Shown here one piece after another: positions 46,637-57,688 of a stretch of DNA of 64,000 nucleotides. Source of the stretch: Lepidodermella squamata. Lineage: Eukaryota > Animalia > Gastrotricha. Location of the stretch: the NCBI GenBank assembly GCA_047495785.1, contig JBLDXI010000024.1:5146001-5210000 (forward strand), in the 5' to 3' direction. A model generated the notes under the pieces. The model was not told the origin of the DNA and searched no databases. It saw only the letters and a list, made by a program, of their open reading frames with translations. The first letter of the stretch is position 1. Every line of letters starts with the position of its first letter. The translations under genes and the position numbers were made by a program.

Positions 46637-49600
46637 TTAAATCGACTCAGAAGAGTGTGCGGTATCTCTGTTCATCTCCAACTGTTCTAATAGCTGCGAA
46701 AACGAAGGTCGTTCGTCTATTGCGAGTTTCCAACAACTTTGCATGATCGCGTAACTATTTTGCAGTTTAGATTATTTGAAAAATCAACACAAACAGCTTA
46801 CATTTCGTTAGGGCAGTTCTCGGGTAGTTGGAGCATCTCGTTACGATCCAAAACAGCTGTAAAAACGTCGGCTTCTTCCTTGATATGGGCATATGGCCGC
46901 TCGCCATGGCTGTAAATCTCCCACAAAACAATGCCAAACGACCATACATCACTCTTTTCGCCAAATTTCTCGCTTCGAAGCGACTCTGGTGGGTGCCAGC
47001 GAATCGGCAATGGTCGGCTTGCGTTTGCAGGCTTATAATACTCGCTTTCGTAAAGCTGGCGAGATAGACCGAAGTCAGCAATAATAGCTTGGTTTTCATC
47101 GCCAATTAAGATATTCCTACAGGCCAGATCCCGATGGATGAACTTTTCAGATGAGAGATAGACCATAGCCTTGCATATTTGGCAAGAGAATGTCCACAGT
47201 TTGCTTTGAGAGATGCCATTCAATTCTGAATGCTTCAAGAGAAATTTCAGCAAGCTGCCGTTTTGCATGAAAGGAACAACGATAACGGGCCAGTTCGACA
47301 TCATAGCCATGCCTCGAAATCGCAGCACATTTTCGTGTTCAAACGAAGCCATTAACAGACCCTCTTGGATGAATTCGACGACATCCGCCGGCTTCCTAGA
47401 CTTGAGGATTTTTACGGCGACTCTCTCGTCCAGCAATTCTCCGGCATAAACAACCCCATAATGTCCTGTAGCTATGCTTTTTTTTGATAATTTCAAACCG
47501 CTGGTTATGACAAAACCAACGAATTTCTTTGTCAGCTCTTCGCCAGCTTCGTATTGCTCAAGAGCAACTTCGATTTGATCGCAGTTTTTCAGCGGGATCT
47601 CGATCAAATTCGCACTATTCCATATTTCATCCAGGGCTTGTTCGTCTAATCGTCCATGTTTGCGGCTTGGGGCTGTCGTGAGCCTGCGGTTTAGCATGAA
47701 GAAAGTCGCTGTTGCAACGGTGAGACAGAGAAAAATCACCCCCAGAGAGATGGCGATAGTAATCAGGACTGCCAGATCCCAACCTTTAATGGCTTCCTGT
47801 CTAGATGGAGTCACAACTTTACATACGTCGAGCTGATCCGAGCAATTCGGTTGAGTGCTCATCTTATAGGTTTTCTTACGAACTGCATGACAAGGAGTAT
47901 TAAACAATCCATATCCGAACCAGAGTTGATTTGACTTGTGCACAACTGTGTCATTGCCACATGTGTAGTTCGCGGCCTGAATAAGGAACATTGAGCTGTT
48001 TCCGAAGTACTTAAGCCCACTGTCTTTCGCCCAATATGCGAATTCTATCCATTGCGATTTCTCGCTGTTGTAATATGAAAAATTATATCGCCCCGCGACA
48101 GAATTGTTTTCGTTGAACGAGAAAGTTTCTCTGATGCCGGGTACATTGAATTTAGCTTTTTCGATGTACGGCTGGAGCTCTCGGCCATCCAGCAATAAGC
48201 GATCCAGCGTTGCCCTCGGACATCTATCCTTCAACGCTGCACTTCTTGGGGGACATCTTGCGTTGAGAAAATCACGTAAGCCATACACAGCAGCAAGGAC
48301 AGCTTTTTGAATGCTCGAAGTGTATTTGCTCACAGGAAATGATGATTCATCAACCGTTATGCCTATTAAATTCTGGTCAATATTCCTTAAAAATCCATAC
48401 AGCATCCATACCTGAGGGTAAAATGTTGAACTGCAGAGTATTTTTCGCTATCGCCCATTTCCAAAACTCAATTAGTGAAGCTGAAAAATTATTGTTCAGA
48501 TGTGTATAATTTTCTATCAATTCGAAGCTAAATAGTATTACCCTCGCCTGATTGGTCGTAATCCAACGCCGTGCTGCTTAAATAAGCTGGGAAAGTGTAG
48601 TCTGGCTCCATGGCTAATGCTGAAGCTATGAAGTCGTAATTGGATCCCGGTTTTGTGAAATCTTTATCGTTCATATCGCCGTTCCAAAGGTGGCCAGCGA
48701 TAACTAAAGGCTTTGCTCGGAAATCAACCTGCCGCAGCACTAAATCAACTTTTGAAAATGCCCATCGCTCACAGAGGCACACAATTGTCTCGACTTGTGA
48801 TGCGTTTAACAGCTTCATTATTTGGTCAGCATTCGAAAAGGTAATTTTGACCGCTTGCCAAGAGCTCAAGTGATTTCGGATAACACCGTAAGCGGACTCT
48901 CCATATGCGCCTTGACTGTATAGTATAACCCCGCAGGACGATCTATTCAGACTTTCCAGCAAATCCAAAATAGCCGAAATTTGATCTGCATCCGAAGGAA
49001 CTGTTCTTGAATATAGCGGATATTTATCTCGGTTGTCAAACTCCACTGCAGTGGAGCCGAAATCAATCACAGGCATATCTAGAGTTTGGGCTCGATCTAG
49101 AACAGCCGCTGTGACGTCGCTCTCTAATGCCCCTATTATCAATGGAACGGGATCGTCCAATTTGAAAATGGAATCAATTTCTTTAGCTAAGGCTATTCGG
49201 TTTACCGCAAGTCGTGCGAGCCGTCGGCTGGCATAAATTGGAAAGCTGCAGCTGTTAATCGAGTAAAAGCCAATTTTCAAGCCGCCCAAAATTGAGCAAT
49301 TGCTGTTTACATCCGCTATCGCTCGGAAAAGCTGCGCTTGTAGTAAATTCCAGGCGGGGAAAAATTTGTCCTCCGAGCAAAAGCTGAAAGTGTCGTTGAA
49401 GAATTCTAGAGGATATATGAACATACTGGAATACTTGCTGTTAAATTACTAGACATAGTAACATTTTGTATAAAAAAAACCTCTCGGGTGAAGCACTTAT
49501 GTCGCTGTAAATCGAGCCTGATCTGGGAATAATTGAAATGAAGTTGATATCTTGCAAATCCGTATTGTAGGGCAGCTCAAAGGGAATCGAATATTTGTTA

Positions 49601-49650
49601 AAAATAAGGAGAAAAGCTGACAGGGTATTTAGAATTGACACCTTAGCCAT
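46637..49650 (-). CDS. Gene C2: paralog of C1 (VFT + insulin-receptor-like kinase)
   Basis: Same motifs; DFGLSRQLYESEYYK; ends ..AHSSESI*. Confidence 0.9.
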
Positions 49651-51808
49651 GATTTTAACTGAAACAGACTGTTTATAAATAAGGTATGCAGCTTGATTAT
49701 ATCTTTAAGCGATATCATGCATCCACGGCATCATATGTATTGTGTTAGGCAAGTGATTATCACGCGCATGCCTGCCATCATAAGCTGAAGCTAAATAAAG
49801 CAGGCCTTCGGCAGCAAAAAAGCTTGTGGCCAACGGCAGCGCTATTATGCTAAACCAAATTTCAGAGCATGGTCAGAGTTGACCCTTTTCAGGTTTAATA
49901 AGACTGTAGACCAGTGCTCCGAAAACTTTTTCACCGGCGGCATTTTCGGCGGCCGAACAGCCTTAGCTCCGGCCACAGGTACAATGCGACACTTATTCTC
50001 CGACCGACAACGTTGCTATTTTTAGATCGGCCGCAAAAATAAGCTCCAAGTAAATTTCTTTGTAGCAAAAGATCTTTTGTGCGAAAAGATAAGACTGTTG
50101 TCTTTGAGGCAATTTCGATTGAAGCCATTTTGCGCTTCCAATTTCAGTGCGAAAAGCCATTTTCTCGCCTTAGCACATGTCTTTTCGAAATGGTCATTGA
50201 AAATTAGCTTGTTTTCTTAAACGACGGCTAGAATGATAGAATGGAAATGCATAGGTCTGTAGTTGCTGGTTAAATTTTTGTGTATCAGTATCCAAGTGTT
50301 CGGGAAATTTCGGGAAATTCAGCCATCGTTTTAGCAGCAATTTTAGACGAAAATCGAGTTTGCACCTGTTGGGTAAAATATTGCAAGAAATATTTGGCTG
50401 AAGCTGCTTCGCGATGAATATGCTGAGTAATTTGAGCGAAATAAGTTTGTTTCAAAATAATTTACCATTCACTCAAAGAAGTGCCGATTCATAATAAACT
50501 GAAGGTTTCGGCCAAAATGACTTGAACGGTCAGCTAAAAGTTACGCAGCTCGCAGCTTCTGTACAGAATACAGCCTGGCCAGAATCAATTCAGAAAATCG
50601 TAATAATCTGGCTATGATTTCCGTTGTTAATAGCCTGCATCGGTCATCTCCAAGCTCCAGAACCTTTCTTTCCGACTACACCAGAATTATTTTAAATTAT
50701 TATTTCCGTATCACTCTGGTTTTCAGCAGGTTCAATTCGATATTCAATGCTATTTGCAATGAAGAGCGCATTTATCAAAACAGCAGCAGTTTCGTGGTTG
50801 CGAGATTTCGATCTCGATTTGAAAAAATTGAAATTAACAAAATTAAAAATTGAGCTCTTCATGTAATTATTTGAATTTTCGATAATTTTTCCTACAGAGA
50901 ACACATTTTTCGGAAGTTTTCTATAATTTTTCTTGAAATTTAAAGATCTTCTTAAATTTTTCTTGCAATTTAGAAAAATTTTAAAACTTTAAAATTTAGA
51001 AAATTTTGATTTTTGAAATTTGAATTTTTCATTTTTTTCAATTTCTAGAAATACTATTTCTGAAAATGTGTTGTTCTGAAAATTATCTAGAGAATAAAAA
51101 CCGCTTCAAACTAATGTGTTTTCAGGCCAACTGGGAAATTATTCCAACGGCTCTATCACATATGCTATCACATGCAGAACTTTAAAAACCAGAGTAACAA
51201 AATAAAATGAAATGAACGTGAAAAAGTCGAAATGAGACGCGACCACGTTCTGCGCCATTGTTGTGCAACACACAGCTGTGTTACGCCACAGCTGAAGTTA
51301 GCGCGCCGCATTTTATCAGTTTAGTTTTCATTTCATCTTTTTTCAGTTTCAAAAGCAAGTTAATTCTTTTCCTTGGCCCGGAATTCATTTATAACTTTAA
51401 ATCATTTGTCTGCACTTGATATTTTTGTAGTAGCACCGGGGCCGCCCGGCAAACAGCCGCCAATGTGGTCTGGCCAACTCTCTTTCTAACGCCAATCGGC
51501 TGCGGTAGCAGCAACGCATTGAACGTAATTGTTTTCTACTATTTTCGAAATAATCTTGAAACCTGATTGCTTCTCAAGCCTTAAAAAAATAATTCAACCC
51601 TAATTAAAGTTCTTAATATTTTTAGATCTCGAAATGCGCCACGATGACTGTGACTCCATCGCCCGGTTGGTCACTAAATTCAAACTCTAAATCAAGGCAA
51701 GTTATTTCCAAGAAATTGCGGTTCATGAAGAATTGAAATTAAATTATTAAATTTTACGGAATTTTAAAAAATTAATCTAATTAATCTAATCTAATTATTT
51801 TATTCATT

Positions 51809-54800
51809 TATACCCCTGTAGTTGAGAATTGTAATAGGGAAGTTGAGAAAATCAGCCAAAAAAAATGACTGATTTTCAAAACTATGGCTGAAAGCCCAAT
51901 TTGCCACCGAAATGCCACCTAGGGCCACCGGGGTCCTATGGCTAGGACCTCTCGGCAGACTCCTTTGGCAGCATTTCGGGGCAGAACTATCAGCCAAAAA
52001 TATTGGATTTATGCAAAAATAAGCAAAGTGTGGGTCAAACAATGATGCGCATTGAAACCATCTGGCTCACTTGCATATGCATATTTTTTAAAACTTGCAT
52101 AATCATGCATTTTTATTATGCGAGCGTGTGCATTCATGCATAAATGAATGCGTGGCGTATTATTGAATGGTGTGGACATGAAAAATGATCAATTTCAAGT
52201 ATTTTTTAATTCTGAATTTATAATTGGTTTAGATTGATTGATCGATGACTATGATGAAATGTCGATTAGAAAAGCTCGGGTTTGAGGCTGTACCGCAGCT
52301 CCTTATTACATTATCTATTCGAAATTGCCTTACTGGTTAACAAAAATGTCCAAAATTTATTAACATGGACGACGAAAATGAATTTTAAAACTGATGCATA
52401 AAAATAAGTAGCCGGGGATTAGTTTTTCTTCCCGCGGTAGTGAACGTGAACGTCGTATGATGGCGGTTCCGCCTCGTCGTCTTCATCATCGTGGAAATGA
52501 ATCGCAACGTTCGGCGCATTTCTGGCGATGCCATGCAGGGTGATAACTCGCCGCTTTGATGCGGGAGCCGCCGAATCAGCAAGCCCAGCGCTGCTACTGG
52601 CAGCCAGGCTTGGAGGCGTTGACGCCTGCGCACGCGCAGCACCGCGATGAGACGTAGCCGGAGGCGATCGAGCAGGTGAAGCGAAAGCAGGCGGTTGAAT
52701 GGGTGAATCGAAAGCAGGCGGATGAACGGGTGAATCGAAAGGCGGTGAAGCGATAGGCGAACGAAGAGGCGATAACAGCCTTGGCAGCCCAAGCAGTTCG
52801 AACTCGAGAGAAGTGGAAGAAGCGGCAGGAGGCTCGAAGACGTCGCTAGAGTCCAGTTCTTCGGCGTCCTCGAAGGCATCATCGACTGGCCCGTCACCGA
52901 AAACAGCCGAAAACACGGTCGCCTGCATCTCTTGTAGCTGGCTTGGCTTCAGTTCTTCAGTGAAATGGAAGAATGAGCTAATGTATGATTGAGAAAATTA
53001 AGTTTTATTACCGTCGTAGCGGTTGATGCTAAAGGTGTTGTAATGGCCAGCATAAAGGGCAATTTTATTTTGCGGATAGCCGCAAGAAGATAGGACATTT
53101 ATCGCCAAGCGCCGCCAGCTGTAGTTGGAGTAATGGCTAGCCAAGCCAAACTGGCTCATACAGCTCTTGGTCAACAGGCCCATAGTCTTGGAACTCAATG
53201 CAGTTTCCCTGAACCAATGCTTCTGTGCGTTAAAACCGTGCCTGGTTACGTTGGGAGTTCGAAACAGCCCAGATGTTTTGGAGCTAGGGAGCCCCCTGAC
53301 CTTATTTAAAAGGGTTTCAAACACCTTAACCACCGTCAACCTAGCATTGGGATCCCCAGTTGAATGATCTGGCCCTAAGTCATGATCAAAAATTCGCAAA
53401 GTATAGGCTTTTTTGTTGAGAGAAGGGCCCCCCTCAGCACCGGTGTCTTTTTTCCGGTTGCGCAAACGAATGTTAACACGCCGCTGACCGTTTCTCAGAG
53501 GCCGCGTACTCACATCTGACTCAGTGATGGCCCGTATTTCTTTCCCCGTGCGTAGCCCGCACAAAACAAGGGTAAAGTAGGCTAGATTATTAAGATGGCC
53601 AGGGTGATCAATAGCGAAAAGACCAGATTGTACAGCCTGTCTCGCATGCCGTAGGCTCAACAGACGTACTCCAGTCGGCGCACCCATTCCGGCTTGAAAA
53701 CAAAACCCATAGGAAAAGTTTATCACGATCAAAAGTAAACAAATAATACCTTGCTTTGCCGCTTTGCGCATCGCAGCAAAATGTTCCATGGAAAACGGGA
53801 AATCGTGCGAATCTGTAATGTTGACGGCATTGGCGGTCAATTGCAAGATAGCACGCTTCAGCGAATGATAATAAACCACTTGGGTTCCAACTTTTAGCAT
53901 CAACAACTCCTGGTCGTCGCTAACACCGGAGCCGATCGGCGCTTGCTCGCTTTCTCGACCATCATCACCATCGAAGTCATCATCGTCGTCGTACTCGTCC
54001 TGATCCTGCTCGTCGTCGAACGCATCGATTTCACCTGCGATTTCACCCATCGGCGCAGCTCGCGGAGGAGGCAAAGGAGTTTGGCGCGACAAACCTTCCA
54101 CCAGATACTGCCCGATATAGCTGTCTCGCACCGTAAACTTGTCGCCCGGCATGACTGTTGTATCGTAGAGCCATTCTTCGACAGGTCTGGTTTCACCTGA
54201 CATATGCGCATCAATAAAACGACGCAAATCCGCAAGGCGATTGCGATCGCCACGGGCGACATCAGCATTTCGAACCCGGGCTATGGTATCCGTGGCCCGA
54301 GCGAATAGCTCCGGGTTAATAGCCGATGTGCGTAACATGAAAAGGATCGAACGGATCGAAAAATCGAAGAAAATCGTATAATAAATCGCAGTACGAATGA
54401 CGAGGTGGCATTTCCTTTTCGACTTGTATCTTTTTATACACGTCAATTCAAAACCGCAACCGGGACCATATGGGGCGGCCAAGTACATTGTAACACAGAA
54501 TCGTGTGAATCGCAATAACGACGTGTTCAAAATTGTATTACCAGAGCAGAAAATAACCGATTGAAAAATGACGCATAGTGAATGTGTGATTATGCAAATG
54601 AGTTGGGCTGATGTGCATATTGTCATTTCAGAGTGGCCCGAATTATTTTTTTTCACGCATATCTTTATTTTTAGAATGATATTTTTTGGCGGTCAATTCA
54701 AATTTGAAATCTCTGACTGCGTATTTTCCAAAAAAACGTATTTTCCAAAAAAAGAGAAAAAAAACCCTATTAAAGTTGTTTCTTTATTAACATTTCTCAA

Positions 54801-54839
54801 CTTCCCTATTACATTCTCAACTTCCCATTTAAGTGTATA
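51809..54839 (-). mobile_element. Crypton-like tyrosine-recombinase DNA element (~3.0 kb)
   Basis: TATA at both ends; subterminal inverted repeats AGTTGAGAAT(T)GTAATAGGGAAGTTGAGAAA; internal YR gene. Confidence 0.75.
52419..54338 (-). CDS. Tyrosine recombinase (DUF3504/Crypton-like) with two probable introns and a Pro/Ser/Ala-rich C-tail
   Basis: CGLRTG (R), RKK (K), SNYSWRR (H-x-x-R with H>Y), AGH (H), SINRYD (catalytic Y); GT..AG introns near 53748-53692 and 53010-52954. Confidence 0.78.
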
Positions 54840-55432
54840 GGTCGATCGTTCGATGGCAATCACGTCTCAATCACTGTCGACGCCAATGGCTCTCAGCTCT
54901 GATGGCTATCCAACTCTGATCGGCTTCAGGACGGCTTCGAAAATTTGCATCTCGAACAATTTTAAACTATTAACATCTGATAATTTACTCTGCCATGATT
55001 ATCTGAATTTTACCTTGAATAAAAATTGCTACAATAAAATGCGAATAACTGAGTTCTGACTTGAGTAACATGAAGAACCAAGTGACATGGAGCCGGGCAG
55101 TTGAATATTACAGGACTGTAGTCTATTTTGAATGAAGAGCAAAGGTGATATGAGCAAAGGTGGTTTTGGCCTAATTTTTAACTCCGAAAGCAGTTTCGCC
55201 GAAAGTTTCATCTATCAGTTTGGCCGAAATTTGGTGATTTCAGCAAAAGATTTAGCTGAAATTTTGACCGAGAATTTTTTCGCTGATTTTTTGGTCGAAG
55301 TGTTTCGCCTATTTGGGGGTATCAGAAAGATGAGCCAAATTTTAGGCCGAGATTCTCGCGGTAAATTTTCATCTGGGCAGGGACTCCGTCCAAGGCCGTT
55401 GTAGGTTCAGTTTTCAGTTGTCGATAAGTTGT

Positions 55433-55590
55433 TTAACACTTCAACTGCCAAACATAAACAGCGAGATCCGATATTTATAGATCCGAATCCCGGGTCTGTC
55501 GAAATTTCTATTATCTTTTATTCCGGTTCAACGAAGAGTCGGAAGGCAAATCGTCTGACGGCAAATTGTTGGCCTCAAATTTGGGACCAA
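55433..55590 (+). mobile_element. Single terminus related to the piggyBac-like MITE at 46240
   Basis: TTAACACTTCAACTGCCAAA..GCGAGATCCGATATT..GGGTCTG..CTGACGGCAAA. Confidence 0.6.
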
Positions 55591-56269
55591 AGACATCAAG
55601 GAACGCACAGAACTCAACTTGCTTATGATATTATACAGGGTGGCCAAAAAGGGAGCGTAACTAATAACGCTGATTATGATGGTGCTTTTATAATCAGCGT
55701 CAGCTGGACAGGTGTGGAGCGAGAAATCCAGGTAAGACAGTCTGTCGTGTAAGCTTTCTTCCATATGACAAAGGCAACTGAATTATCTCATTTACAGTTT
55801 ACAGTATGTCCATCGACGAATGTTACACAACGGCTTCAAATGGCGAAAGGCGCGGTTTCAACCACACAAACAGACTATTTCGAAGCAAATTTGGGGCCGC
55901 CTACACGCAAGATCTTTGCGCCATCTAACAATCTTCCGGGATTCTGAACGTCTCTATCTAAGGAGAAGAGAAGCGAGCGAATGTGCAAAGCTCGACAAGC
56001 AGATGGCAGTAGCAGTAACGCAAATGGAACACAAGGAAGCAAATCCCTGAACTATTTAGCACATTTGATAATTCGTGAAGCGAGATGATTGCGATAATGA
56101 TGATATGGTGCTTGAGCTTATTGATTGAAGATCGTAAAACGTAAATGAGATGAAAGACAATAAATTTGAAATTATTTGAATTATTATTTAAATTATTTGA
56201 AATCTTTCGCGTTTTGGCACTTAATCAAAAGTAGAATGAGACAGCAGGTAAGCAGCTGACAAAGGATCA

Positions 56270-56524
56270 TCACGTGATTTGGGCCTAGATGAAGCTATAA
56301 TTAGAAATGCTGGGCCGGTTGAAATAATTCCGTCACGCGTGATACGCTGCCGAAAAAGGATTACGCGTTACCGATTAAAAAAAGCGTCACGCGTGATATT
56401 TGGCCTGAATGGTGTCGGCCAGAAATCTACATCACGCGTGATCCAGAAACTGTGTCACGCGTGATAAAAGCTTCCTCATTCACGCGTGATATCTTTTTCA
56501 GCGAAGAAAGTCGGTAACGCGTGA
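56270..56524. repeat. Cluster of palindromic TCACGCGTGA motifs
   Basis: Perfect copies at 56333, 56387, 56432, 56455, 56480; variants at 56270, 56361, 56515. Confidence 0.8.
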
Positions 56525-57688
56525 TATTGGCCTCAGTGAGGTACGCGCCAAATTCTAAATAATCATGCCGCAGATTATAAATGTTTTTCTAATTTCTGCA
56601 AATCACGTCTGAATTTGAAAATTTTATTGTTCACAAATCTGTATTTTAAGAAAACTGCTAAATGGTTTTGAACTCTCTACATGCCGCGTTTTCTTACGTA
56701 GAGCGCTGAAATGAAATGAAGGGCCGTTCCACCTTGGCTCTGGCTGACGGCTGATGATGTGTGGTGATGATGTGTGGCAATGACTGCGACATCACTCATT
56801 GCTCATTGATTGCGAATGCTCTTCATAATGGCCCGATTTTTCTGTTTTAATTGTTGTTTAGTGTGTCAGAAGAGCATTTCCCCGTTAGAAAATCTGTATA
56901 GGCTTCTCTTTTTTGTGAAAGAATAAGTACGTGCCCTCGCCTTCTTGCCATCAGACGATCAGTACGAAATATTATGATGGGAAATTGCCAGTCGAAAATC
57001 GTGAACAAATCCCATCCCGTTGATTGTTGGGACGGTGATCGGTAAAGGCTATCTAAAAACTCCGGTCAATCTTGAAGCTCGAGTCTGATAGTTTGAAGGA
57101 ATCATCATAACTTGAGTATTTATTGCGAAACCATAGTTACCATGGGACATGGAAGCAAGCAATCAAGGTTTGCCAGTTTTCGCAAAACTTGAGAGAAACT
57201 AATATTTGCTGAAAGAACTCATATTGGATTATGGATTAGGACGAAGTACTGCACCTGGTACCTATGAGTTGAGTAAAAACTTTTATCATGACCGTAAGTG
57301 ATTGAGCTACCATAGATACTGATTGAAACTTGAATAGCTTATACTTGGCCCTCGTAATTTACGATGGGAAAATATTGCTCTAATAGTTGGCATTTTCATC
57401 ATTCCTATGTTTTTGAGAATCGATTTCTGTTTTGAGCACTAGTCATTACTTATTTGATGTGTGTAAGGGAGTGCTTTCCTGGTAGTTACCTAAGTAGTGT
57501 GCGCAAGGTCTTGGGTTTTGGGTTTTCTGATCCAGCCAGTTGCATGGTTTGCACTTTGCTCTTTGCCACTTAATCAGCGATCAATCGTTCTGAACTATGC
57601 AATGCTTGTAGCAGGGAAGCTTAGATGCCCCTGCCTTTTCTGGTGTTGATGATTCAATTTTCCGTTTAGATCTTGTTGATAAAGTGGA

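Larger units (their letters stand above)
40900..50067. repeat. Second copy of the A-B-C cassette (copy 1 ~27600-36925)
   Basis: Collinear genes, introns and ~400 bp of upstream non-coding DNA; offset ~13.1-13.3 kb. Confidence 0.92.

Noticed and set aside
54339-54656. N-terminal ~106 aa of the 552-aa YR ORF
   Set aside because: Looks like 5' non-coding read-through; the ATG at 54338 (MLRTSAINP) is the more plausible start
56270-56524. CRISPR-like repeat-spacer reading of the palindrome cluster
   Set aside because: Repeat only 10 bp, spacers irregular, no cas genes, eukaryotic context
56820-57600. Possible small spliced gene on the minus strand
   Set aside because: Candidate exons hit stops in every frame tried; no recognisable protein
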